DNA from: Macrostomum hystrix
Taxonomy: Eukaryota > Animalia > Platyhelminthes
Assembly: GCA_950097015.1 (NCBI GenBank)
Contig: CATNEN010000041.1
Span: 2,666,001-2,730,000, forward strand
Direction of reading: 5' to 3'
DNA length: 64,000 nucleotides
Below are positions 1 to 11,200 of the stretch, one piece after another (within the stretch, counting starts at the first letter, position 1; each line of letters begins with the position of its first letter). The translations under genes were made by a program, and so were the position numbers. Below the pieces are notes generated by a model. It saw only the letters and a program-made list of their open reading frames with translations. It made no database searches and was not told the origin of the DNA.

Positions 1-1141
1 GATCCATCGTGTTGCCATCACTTTGAGCCTTGGAGACAGAATTCGAATCAGTTGGATCCATCGTGTTGCCATCACTTTGAGCCTTGGAGACAGAATTCGA
101 ATCAGTTGGATCCATCGTGTTGCCATCACTTTGAGTCTTGGAGACACCAATCGAGTCAGTTGGATCCTTCGTGTTGCCATCACTTTGAGCCTTGGAGGCA
201 GAATTCGAATCAGTTGGATCCTTCGTGTTGCCATCACTTTGAGCCTGGGAGGCAGAATTCGAATCAGTTTGAGCCCTTGCTTTGCCATCACTTTGAGCCT
301 TGGAGGCAGAATTCGAGTCAGTTTGAGCCCTTGCTTTGCCATCACTTTGAGCCTGGGAGGCAGAATTCGAATCAGTTTGAGCCTTCGTGTTGCCATCACT
401 TTGAGCCTTGGAGGCAGAATTCGAATCAGTTTGAGCCCTTGCTTTGCCATCACTTTGAGCCTGGGAGGCAGAATTCGAATCAGTTTGAGCCTTCGTGTTG
501 CCATCACTTTGAGCCTTGGAGGCAGAATTCGAATCAGTTTGAGCCTTCGTGTTGCCATCACTTTGAGCCTTGGAGGCAGAATTCGAATCAGTTGGATCCT
601 TCGTGTTGCCATCACTTTGAGCCTTGGAGGCAGAATTCGAATCAGTTGGATCCTTCGTGTTGCCATCACTTTGAGCCTTGGAGGCAGAATTCGAATCAGT
701 TGGATCCTTGGAGGCAGAATTCGAATCAGTTGGATCCTTCGTGTTGCCATCACTTTGAGCCTTGTAGGCACCAATCGAATCAGTTGGATCCTTCGTGTTG
801 CCATCACTTTGAGCCTTGGAGGCACCAATCGAATCAGTTGGATCCTTCGTGTTGCCATCACTTTGAGCCTTGGAGGCACCAATCGAATCAGTTGGATCCT
901 TCGTGTTGCCATCACTTTGAGCCTTGGAGGCACCAATCGAATCAGTTGGATCCTTCGTGTTGCCATCACTTTGAGCCTTGGAGGCACCAATCGAATCAGT
1001 TGGATCCTTCGTGTTGCCATCACTTTGAGCCTTGGAGGCACCAATCGAATCAGTTGGATCCATCGTGTTGCCATCACTTTGAGTCTTGGAGGCACCTATC
1101 GAGTCAGTTGGATCCATCGTGTTGCCATCACTTTGAGCCTT
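1..1141. repeat. 54-bp minisatellite, about 21 copies, probably coding on the minus strand
   Basis: Unit gatccatcgtgttgccatcactttgagccttggagacagaattcgaatcagttg. One unit near 700 is shortened by 24 bp, which preserves frame. Confidence 0.97.
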
Positions 1142-1891
1142 GGTGTCGTTGTTCAATTCGTTTTGAGCAATATGGCTGAACTCTGTCTGTTCTGGTTTGC
1201 TACGAGTATCATGGCAGTGGTTCATATTAAATTTGACTTTATCGAATTTAATTTTATCTATAACAGCCGGATTAGCAAAGTTCATAGTATTATGTGTTCC
1301 ACCGAACTCAAAATCTGTAATTTGCTCCAGGTCACTTTTGGTGCTCGGGTTATGAGTAGATGACATTTCAGGTGAAAATCCTGGACTTGGGTTGCTGGTC
1401 AATGTCGAATTTTCATTAGGCCTGCTGTAAACATTATCAGAACGAAGCTTCTTGACAGATGATGATGCTGACCCTGAGGTGTCCACAGTTGTCTCGGAAC
1501 TAAGAAGCCGTTTGCCAGGACTGGCACTCGAACTTGGTTGGCTGCTATTAGCTGTTTTATCACTAGGCATAGTCTCATGTGCAGAAAGGGACAGTTGTAC
1601 ATCGCCAACCTGCAAGGGCAGATCCATTTTAAAGTTGCAGCTGCTCGCACACATGATGCAGCAATCATCATCCAGACTTATTGATTCTAAACATTCTTCA
1701 TTACTGCAAACTTTCTTCCATAATTGCAATGGGTTGTGATTGCAATTTCTTAGATGACCAGAACCACAGACTTGACAAGTGACTAGGAAGTTGTCCTTTG
1801 CTTTGCACTTGCCACAAAAAACTGCATAGAATGGTATTTGTGATCGATTGCAGCTTAAACAGGTCTTGCTTATTTGGTGCTTGCAGTCCAT
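1..1891 (-). CDS. 3'-partial ORF (at least 630 codons, open to the window edge): N-terminal Cys-rich double-zinc-ribbon-like region, S/T-rich linker, then about 21 copies of an 18-aa repeat (KAQSDGNTKDPTDSNSAS-like)
   Basis: Hand translation from the ATG at 1891 gives MDCKHQISKTCLSCNRSQIPFYAVFCGKCKAKDNFLVTCQVCGSGHLRNCNH...CSNEECLESISLDDDCCIMC. No stop occurs in this frame down to position 1. The ORF track omits it, presumably because there is no stop in the window. The CxxC-x11-CxxC spacing with an A-x-F-C-x-x-C motif resembles double zinc ribbons. Confidence 0.7.
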   Translation of the reverse strand, partial: MDCKHQISKTCLSCNRSQIPFYAVFCGKCKAKDNFLVTCQVCGSGHLRNCNHNPLQLWKKVCSNEECLESISLDDDCCIMCASSCNFKMDLPLQVGDVQLSLSAHETMPSDKTANSSQPSSSASPGKRLLSSETTVDTSGSASSSVKKLRSDNVYSRPNENSTLTSNPSPGFSPEMSSTHNPSTKSDLEQITDFEFGGTHNTMNFANPAVIDKIKFDKVKFNMNHCHDTRSKPEQTEFSHIAQNELNNDTKAQSDGNTMDPTDSIGASKTQSDGNTMDPTDSIGASKAQSDGNTKDPTDSIGASKAQSDGNTKDPTDSIGASKAQSDGNTKDPTDSIGASKAQSDGNTKDPTDSIGASKAQSDGNTKDPTDSIGAYKAQSDGNTKDPTDSNSASKDPTDSNSASKAQSDGNTKDPTDSNSASKAQSDGNTKDPTDSNSASKAQSDGNTKAQTDSNSASKAQSDGNTKAQTDSNSASQAQSDGKARAQTDSNSASKAQSDGNTKAQTDSNSASQAQSDGKARAQTDSNSASKAQSDGKARAQTDSNSASQAQSDGNTKDPTDSNSASKAQSDGNTKDPTDSIGVSKTQSDGNTMDPTDSNSVSKAQSDGNTMDPTDSNSVSKAQSDGNTMD

Positions 1892-3351
1892 CACTAAGGA
1901 CTAGGCACCTAAAAGTATTGTTGATGATAACCTTGGTTAGACTATAGATTTTCAATTTTCCAAAAAATTATTACAAAAACGAAAGAAGTTAATTTTAGTA
2001 TCTTAAAAAAAAATTTTAACACAATATATAAGGATTTTTTTCATGTATTGCAATTTGAGCCTTGGATCCTTCATATGCCTGACAAAAAATATTTTCAGTA
2101 ACAGATAGTGTTGGCCACTACTCTAGTCTAATTATAAAAAAGATATTCTATTTGTGGTGATGGGATGGTCATTGTTGACTTTAATTAAGGCAGGTATGTG
2201 TACCTTGCCATACTTTTTTGTTAATTTATTCATAATCAGTTTTTATACTCACTTATTCTGCTGTCATCCAGCATGCAAAATTTTTAATATATTTATCCAC
2301 CATCCCATTTTTGTACCTGGCTATAATCATGCTACTTGTTAAATATTGAGTTTAACTTATAAGTATTGAGTTTAATCAATCAATGCAATAGTTTTTGTTA
2401 ATGGACACTACAACCCAGAGCAAAGTCTAAATTATTGATATAAGTTGTCTATTGAATAACAAATAATAAAAGTGGAACAATACATTAAAACATATCTAGA
2501 TTAAATTCTAGATACTGTACTACTTGAATAATGATAGTTTATTATGAACTACATTGTTTAAACAATAAGTTAGGATTTATTTGTCATTGATAAGAAAAAA
2601 CTATTGACTAAAAAAATTTATTGGTTATTTGGGTTAAGTTTATAGTGTAAAAAATATAATTATTCAAAGCAAACTCTGTATGGCTAAGCTTAAAATATTT
2701 TGAATTTTTGATACAGCGAATTAGCTACTTGCACGCAAATAATTATAGAACTCTTCTCAACCTCAGTCAGTAGCATCAAATAAAGTCAATGTTACAGAAA
2801 AAAATTAAATGCTTCTTGTAATTTAAATTTATTTGTTCAATTGATTTGACTTAGGCATACCTGTAGATTTTGTCGGCTCTAAATGACCTGCTTGTGTGAA
2901 TAAAAACGTAAGTTGTACAGGCTTATTATAAATAACTTTATAATACGTGTGACATTTTCCAGTTAAATTCTTCTAGGCAGAGTAACCCATAAGTAAATTA
3001 GCAAGCCGTTCGATCCACACATTCAAAAATCAGAAAACGAAAACCGAAAAATGTGATGTAGCAGAGTTTACTATCTGCGCAAAACTTGTAAATATTTTTT
3101 TATTCTGATTAAAATATAATCACGTTAATTGAAGCGAAAAATTTATTAGGTTAAAATGACGCACTAATTTTTGTTTAACTGCACTGTTTAAAACGGCTTT
3201 TGGTAGCGCAAGTCTCGAAAGGAATGTGTCATAAACTAGCACAGCCTCTTAAAATTCTTAAAATGATTTAGCTGAACTAGTCCATGTTTTTTCAGCGTGC
3301 TTTTAACGAAATTATTAAATGCATTATTTTTAATGATTCATCACTTTTATG

Positions 3352-3515
3352 GGGGTTGTAGCCTATTGGTTATAGCGTCAGACTCACGACTTGGGGGTCG
3401 GGGTTCGATTCCCGACTACATTGGGACAATTTGTGTACTTTAACAAGACAATTAACTCTGCATTTCTTCAGTTTCAGATGCGCCACGCAATAGCTGCGTC
3501 TGTTGTAGTGTCAGC
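3352..3515 (+). mobile_element. tRNA-derived SINE, internally deleted copy
   Basis: A-box-like tagcctattgg and B-box ggttcgattccc. The body (gggacaatttgtgtactttaacaagac...ctctgcatt; cagatgcgccacgcaatagctg) matches the copy at 32849. Confidence 0.75.
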
Positions 3516-4658
3516 TTGTTTGCCTTTCTATCTCCCCGTGTTATTATTCAGTACTTATTTTTTTTAGACACGTGTTTTTTGCTAAAAGTCACCCACGCCA
3601 AGCCGGGCCGGACCAGCCGGGGGAACGGACGCCCACCACCCCGCGAGCGCTACCCCTGGGCTACAGTCCCAGCCAATCAGCGAGCGACCCGGCCTCACTA
3701 CCTGTCTACCCTCGGCAAGAAGCGACCCCGGGGCTCAGAACGGCGGTCGCAAGTCTACTGTGATTTGTCACCTTGGCTCAAGCTACAGCCAGGCATCCAC
3801 CTCGCCGATCGACCTAATTTGGGGTTAAAATGACTCTATAAAAGGAAGCGTGTTTTTGCAGTGACTTTTATCGTTCTTCGCAATTCGCCTCACACTGTGA
3901 GAAGCACGTGCAAATTATTGTTCTCCGCAATTCGCCTCACACTGTGAGAAGCGCGTGCAACTAGTCCACTTGTTTTGTCCCTCCCCGCCCGACCACACTC
4001 CGCTTGTTCAGTTAGGTAGCTTTCGGCGCTACGCGTCTTGAGAGTGCGCCGCTGACAAGGGTGGTCTAGATAGGCGCTTGGTGTTGTCGAAGTCAGTACG
4101 TGCTCTCTTCGGAGACTCCGCCGTCAGGCAGAAGGAGTGCCAACCGATAGGATCTGTCGGGGCAGCGCTGAAAGCAGAGACAACCGGAGCCTCTCGGGAA
4201 GAGTAGGGCGCGGATTAGGCCAGTTTTAGTAAAATTGTTATATCCAAAGTGTTAGACCAAACTTTGCTTCTCACTGTGAGCGCGCTATAATTTATTTCCG
4301 TGTGAACATCCTTATTCTGTCAATGTAACTTTTAAGTCAAGTAAACGATATTCAAAGTAATTCCTATTCGTATCTGGAATCTTACTCACAGCCGATTAAC
4401 TCACTCCCAATCAAATTATTCGAGTCTTCGCGTTCATACCGTGTTATTCTTTTTCATTGGGAGTTTCGCCGGGCCGGAGGAACACTCATGTCTCATCGCT
4501 TATCTATTCCGCTTCGCTCGCTACCACAGTCTCTAACACTATTTAATTCCAGATTCCCTGCTGCTATTGAAACGATTGGTAGCACACCGACCCCGGTGAA
4601 TAGTGAATAGTCGCTAGCTTTAAATTCCTCACGCTCCAGCTAGGAAATTCATTTTATT

Positions 4659-4712
4659 ACACTGTGCTGTCGGCAGCACATCTGGCTTAATCAGGGCAGG
4701 TGTAAATAAATT
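4659..4712 (+). mobile_element. 3' tail fragment of the same SINE family
   Basis: actgtgctgtcggcagcacatctggcttaatcagggcaggtgtaaataaatt matches actgtgctgtcggctgcacatctggccctattggggcaggtgcaatcaatt in the 32849 copy. Confidence 0.65.
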
Positions 4713-5232
4713 AAAATTAAAATTATAAAAAATAAATTAAAAGTTTAATTATATTTAGAAATTGGCGATAGAATGCATAAATAAATATAGGTATAAATAC
4801 TTTTAACGAGTCAAAGCCTTGCGCAAAATATGCGCCGTACTTCGACGTTTAAGTAATTTTTACGCACTCGTATTCAAAGCACAATCTATGCGCAGGCACC
4901 ACGCATTTTAAGCTTAAAACCCTTGCGCATATTACTCTAGAAATATAGTAAAATATATATATCTATAGATATATATAAGACTATGTCTATAATTATATGC
5001 TCATATAAGCTGCGTGTTTCTGTGCTGTATTCGCACATTTCCGCACGTTAATCCTCTTCAAAAACGTGTATATTTTACTCGCGAATCCCACCGATAAATA
5101 AAAATACGCGCTTGATTTGCCACGCAAATTTGCGCTTTACACTCGCGACTAATGCGCTGAATATGCGTTGTTTATACGTATGAGCTCTGAATTAGTACTT
5201 GCTAGAAGAAGCTAGCTACGTATATAATAGAA

Positions 5233-8200
5233 TCATCCGCCCGGCAGACGGCCTCGCCAGCCAACCCTCAAGCAGCGCAGACGGCACAGAAACCAGACAG
5301 CCCACAGTGCGGCGCCATGTGAAGTCGCAGCGGCCTTGCCGAGGCTGAAATTCGAAGGCATCTTGATCGCTCGTGGCTTTGTTGACTGGTGCTCTGTTTG
5401 ATGGCCTGAAGAACTGCCAGCACTCACAGGTAGGAACAGCAATGTAAGCGAGCCGTCCGCGCACCCGCAGAGCACACCATGAGAGTCGGACAGACAGGCG
5501 AGCGAAAGCAACTCAGCGGACGGACGAAACTCGGCCAGGAGGGCTCGGTCTGCAAGTCTAACGAGCCGCAGGCTGCCTCGAGCTGCCCGATGGTGCAGAG
5601 CGTGCCGACCGTCCGGCGTCAGCGCCGAGATGCCCACACTGCCCACACCGTCGGCTGGAGTCCGGCGAAGAAGCCACGCGGGCGGGTCACCGGCGGATTT
5701 CCGGAGGTCCAGCAGGCGAAGGCCGCCGGCCGCTGGCGCCGCCAGGCCGAGCCGACCGTCCGCGGTGGCGGTGCCGTCCCAGTCCGGGAAGGCGCGCAGG
5801 GCTCGGCCCGTACGGAAATCGACAATCATGGTCTGACGCGAGTCCGGCGACACGGCGAGGCAGCCCGGCCAGCCGCTCAGCGGCTGCACTGAGGTCTGAA
5901 TGCCGACAACTGCCGACAGACGGGCTCGGACGCTCTCGCAGATAGCGCCAGTTAAAGGGTCCACAAGGCGCAGACTCAGCTGCTGGCCAGACACAAGAAC
6001 TGGTAGCAGCAACCCCAGTGGTACCTGCAAACTGCTGCCCACCGCATCCGGCCAGAAACACGGCTTCAGAGGCGACTCTTGCTGCAGTAGGTCCAACTGC
6101 CATAGCGGCTGGGCATCGAGCTGGGCAATCGACAGGCAGCGCAGGCGTAGCCGATCAACCACAACTAGCAGGCCGCCGTCAGGGCTGAAGGTCAGCGCCG
6201 ATGGCTCGCTGACAGGCAGCTCGCGGAGCAAGCGACCCTCGGCACTGAGCCAAAGCGCCAGCCTTCGGGCTTCCGCTACCACGGCGATTGAGCCGTCTGG
6301 CGCCAGAGCCGCTTCGCGGACGGCGGAAAGGCTTGACCCGGCCGCGGCGGCCGCCCCGCCAGCGCATGGAAGGCGTCGCAACAGGCGGCACCCGGCAGCG
6401 ACGTCCCAAACCGTTGCGCCTCCTCGACCCCACGTCAGGGCGGTCCGACCATCTTGGGACACACGCACAGCCTCGATCGGGTAATCCGCCCTGGGCAGCG
6501 GAAACTGGCGCGCCGTGACAGCGCTCAAATTCCAAACCTTCAGCGTGCGGTCCATTGCCGCGGTGACGGCCCGGTTGCCCGCTGTCACCGCCTCCACGGC
6601 CAGAATGCGGCCGAAGTGGCCCTCAAGCCGCTTGATGCAGGCGCCGGTGGCGCAGGAGAAGGCTAGCAGAAGGTGGCGCACTGGTGCCAACAGCAGCCGG
6701 AGGTCTGGGCTGAAGGCGGCGCAGGCCCGAGTCGGATCCCGACCTGGCAGGCAGCGCAGGCCCTCAGGTAGGTTGGCGCAGACCCGCCGCCTCTCCGGGT
6801 GTCGCAGATGCCACAGGGCAAATCCAGTGGGCCACAATGCAGCCAGAAGGCCGCCACAATGACTGGCGAGCAGCCCGTGCGGTGGCCGCTGCTGGCGGTC
6901 GCTGTAGTCGAGCTCGCCAACTGGGCGAAACTCGCAGTCGGTGTCCGGCCGCTCCAGCAGCCGCACGACTTCCCCGACGGGTGCGTAGGCGCGCAGCAGG
7001 TCATCCGAGAAGGCAACGCAGCCACCGACCTCGATAGGTTGCCGCCCAAGTCCGGCAGCGTCGCGCAGTCGCAGCTGCCGCCCACCAGCGACACGACAGA
7101 CGGCGACGAAGCTGCATCGGCCGTCAGCTTCAGCAGGCAGCCGCAGCCGCGCCAGCTGCTCATCGGTGCCGCAGCCGAGGCTCCGCAAATCCCCGCTTGC
7201 CAGCCGCTTATCGCCGTCCCAGTCTAGCAGCGCCCAGCGCCTGGCAGAATGCAGTGCGCAGCAGCTCCGGGCGGCGTCCACGCCCAGCAGCGGCTCTTCG
7301 GCTCCGAGCGGCGACTCCAAGCAGCGCAGTCGGGCCTCCGAGAACCTGGCGAACACCGCCTGCCCGTGGCTAGTGGCCGCAACGCACCTGGAATTGCGAG
7401 ATTCAGATGGGAGCCAGTTGCTTCACTGTTACCTGAAGGTAGTCATGAACTAATACATTTTTCGGATGCCAGATTGTCTTTTAAGCTCAGACAAAAATTC
7501 TTCTATTTACCGATTTTCTACTTATAGTAAGCTGACTTTTTGGCTTGTGAAGTTTTCACTTGCCTTGTTCAGAGACTGGTCTCAGAGACTGAAACAGCGG
7601 AAATAAGCACACGGCTCACTAAGGCTCGCTCACCTGTCTCCCCAGGCGCACATGGCCAGGCAGAGGCCGCGCAGTCCGGGCACCGAAAGCCGGCGCAGCA
7701 GCTCCCCGGACCGCAGGTCCCACTGCAGCAGTGCGCTGGATAGCGAGGCTATCTGGCGACCGTCTGGACTGACGGCGACGCCGCAGGGCGCGAACTGGTG
7801 GCCCTCCAGCGAGTGCTCCAGCGGGCCGCAGGGCGCCGGCAGCCACTGGTGGGCCGGCACGAGGGCGCAGTGGGCAACACCGCGGTGCCGACAGTCGAGC
7901 AGCAGCCGCCGCACAGTCGGGTGCCGGTCGGCGAACGGCAGTAGCCGGCCGATGAGCTGGGCGGCCAGCATGTCCGGGTGCTCGGAGACGGAGCTGGCGG
8001 ACAGCCGCAGGCACTCGCGCAGGAGCAGCAGCTCGCGGCACACACCTGGAGTGAGGGCAGTCAGTTGGGGGCGGCCCACACCTGGAGTGAGAGCAGTTAG
8101 TTGGGGGCGGCACACACCTGGAGTGAGGGCAGTCAGTTGGGGGCGGCACACACCTGGAGTGAGGGCAGTCAGTTGGGGGCGGCCCACACCTGGAGTGAGG

Positions 8201-11200
8201 GCAGTTAGTTGGGGGCGGCACACACCTGGAGTGAGGGCAGTCATTTGGGGGCGGCACACACCTGGAGTGAGGGCAGTCAGTTGGGGGCGGCACACACCTG
8301 TAGCAGGCAACAAAGCAGCACATTTTGAGATACAGGTGCAAACTGCCCACCTCCAGCGGCCTCCATGGCTTCCTGCAGGTCAGCCAGCAGGTGCCTCAGT
8401 GGGCAGGCGGCCACCTTGGCGTGCAGAAAGTCATAGTTAAAGAGGCACTCGGAGCGCAGCTCGGCCAGTCTGCCAGCCCTCAGCAGGTGGTGCGGCAGCT
8501 GACCCAGCTTGCGCAGGTTGTAGCGGCTCAGCCGGCCTGCGGCGTCCCGCAGCTCCAGCGGCTGTGGAGCCACGCGGCGGTCACTGCGGGATTCGGCGGC
8601 CTCCACTGGGATGCCGAAACGCTGGCGCTGCAGCTCGCTGTGGCTGAACGGCTTCGCCACCTGGATGGGCGGGTGGACGGCGCAGGCGTCTCAATCCCTG
8701 CTTACTGCTCAGCAACCCCTGGCTCTCTGGGACTTCAGCATCTCACTAGTGACTCCCTAAGGCAGTTTTAGTCAGCAGCAGAGGCCCGTACCCCAGCCCA
8801 GCGACCCAGGAAGTAGTCGGCCAGGGCTCCGTGCACGTCGGCCAGGAAGTTAATGTTGCGGAAGTAGCGCCGCTCGCAGGCGCTGCGGAACTGCCGGTGG
8901 TGCCAGCGCAGCACGGAGGCGCCATCAGCCTCGGCTTCGGCCAGAAGGCCTGGCAGCTCTGCGCGAACTCGCGACCACAGCAACGGCGGCAGGCGACGCA
9001 CCTAATCAAGCGGGGTGAGAGCACAATGGCTGGCGAATCAAGAAAAACAGAAAAACACAGGCCGGGTGGGCACATTTCATGCCCATAGAGCTTAGCGCAC
9101 CGGTGGCAGATGGTACTGGAAGACGTCGTTCAAGACTTCGTCATCAAGAGACAGCAGGTCCTCGAGCTCGGCCTCGGACAGGCCGCTCCGACTGGCCGTG
9201 ATGAGCGCCAACGCGCGGGACACCAGCAGGCGTCCGTGCCGTGCCTCCACCAAGTGCAGCAGCCGGTCGATGGCGGCCTCAGCGGTGACAGGCAGCTCCG
9301 CCAGCGCCTCGTAGCTGCGAAATCGTCGAGCCTCGCCTAGAAGTAGCCGGACGAACAGCGGCTCCGAGCAGGCCTCCAGCGCCTGTCGAAATGCCTCGAG
9401 CTGACCCGGCCCAGCCAGCTGACGGCCCTCCGCGGCCAGCCAGGCTTCCAGAGCCCGGGTGGCGACGTCCGCGCCTAGAGGGCCCAGCAAGAGGCGATTT
9501 TCGGCCGGCAGCGGACAGCGGCAGGCTGGCCCGCCGGTCAGTGCGGAGGCCACGACCTTTACGCCAGGTGGCAGCGGATCAGGCAGCCAGGTGGTTGGCG
9601 CCTCCGCCTCGGACAGCTCTTCGACAGCGTCCAGCAGAAGCAGCAGCCTGCGCTTCGGCTGTCGTCTGACGGAGTCCAGCAGTTGGCGAAATCGCTGCGC
9701 TAGCCGCAGCGGCTCCTCCGAGTTCGATGCGGCAGTGGCTGAGGCACTGGCGGTTGCCATTGAGGCTGCCGCCAGCGACATTGCCTGATCGTCAAACAGC
9801 AGGCCGAGGTGGCGGTTCAGGTCGGAGAGCAGGCCGGGCAGCGAGCTGCTGGCCGGGGAGGTGCCTAGGAAGCGGAGGACGACGATGACGCTGCCGCCTG
9901 CCAGCCAGTCTGGCGCCTGACGACGCGGGAAACCGAATGAGATATTTTTATAATTAACGAACTCAACTAACGCACCCTACCGGCGGGGGCAAGCGCGAAC
10001 TCGGCGTTTCGTCGACTGCCTGCTAGCCGACGCCGGCGCCCCGGATACTGCCGGGGGTCCTGCTTTTGTTCGCGCCCAGGCCTAGAAAACATGCCTTCTG
10101 ACGCCATGGACCATGGAGAGACCTGGCGTATATTGTTGTTGTTGTTTTGAACTCAATAAAGCAGAGCAGCCGGTAACTCACCATGGCGCACGCCTTGGCC
10201 AAGAGGGCCGTCTTGCCGGAGCCGGGGTCACCGCAGACCAGGAACGGCTGCCGGTTGCCGTCGTCAGCGCAGTAGGCGGCCAGCGCCGAGAGCTCGCTTT
10301 CGCGGCCGTGGAAATCCTGCAGAGGGAAACGATTTTTAACTGCTCCACTTTGATCAGCGGGTTTTGATGCCTGGGCTTATGAGCTAGACACAGGTGCGCG
10401 TGTGTGATTGGTGGGCTGGCCTTCCCTGACACAGGTGCGCGTGTGTAATTGGTGGGCTGGCCTCACCTGACACAGGTGCGCGTGTGTGATTGGTGGGCTG
10501 GCCTTCCCTGACACAGGTGCGCGTGTGTAATTGGTGGGCTGGCCTCACCTGACACAGGTGCGTGTGTGTGATTGGTGGGCTGGCCTCACCTGACACAGGT
10601 GCGCGTGTGTAATTGGTGGGCTGGCCTCACCTGACACAGGTGCGTGTGTGTGATTGGTGGGCTGGCCTCACCTGACACAGGTGCGCGTGTGTGATTGGTG
10701 GGCTGGCCTCACCTGACACAGGTGCGCGTGTGTGATTGGTGGGCTGGCCTTCCCTGACACAGGTGCGTGTGTGTGATTGGTGGGCTGGCCTCACCTGACA
10801 CAGGTGCGTGTGTGTGATTGGTGGGCTGGCCTTCCCTGACACAGATGCGCGTGTGTGATTGGTGGGCTGGCCTCACCTGACACAGGTGCGCGTGTGTGAT
10901 TGGTGGGCTGGCCTCACCTGACACAGGTGCGCGTGTGTGATTGGTGGGCTGGCCTCACCTGACACAGGTGCGTGTGTGTGATTGGTGGGCTGGCCTTCCC
11001 TGACACAGATGCGCGTGTGTGATTGGTGGGCTGGCCTCACCTGACACAGGTGCGCGTGTGTGATTGGTGGGCTGGCCTCACCTGACACAGGTGCGCGTGT
11101 GTGATTGGTGGGCTGGCCTCACCTGACACAGGTGCGTGTGTGTGATTGGTGGGCTGGCCTTCCCTGACACAGGTGCGTGTGTGTGATTGGTGGGCTGGCC

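Noticed and set aside
23-1363. Plus-strand 446-aa and 375-aa repeat ORFs
   Set aside because: They are antisense shadows of the minus-strand ORF, which extends well beyond the repeat into a Cys-motif region.
3874-3960. 47-bp-period duplication with a ctcacactgtgag hairpin
   Set aside because: It may belong to an unclassified transposon, but I could not define termini or a TSD.
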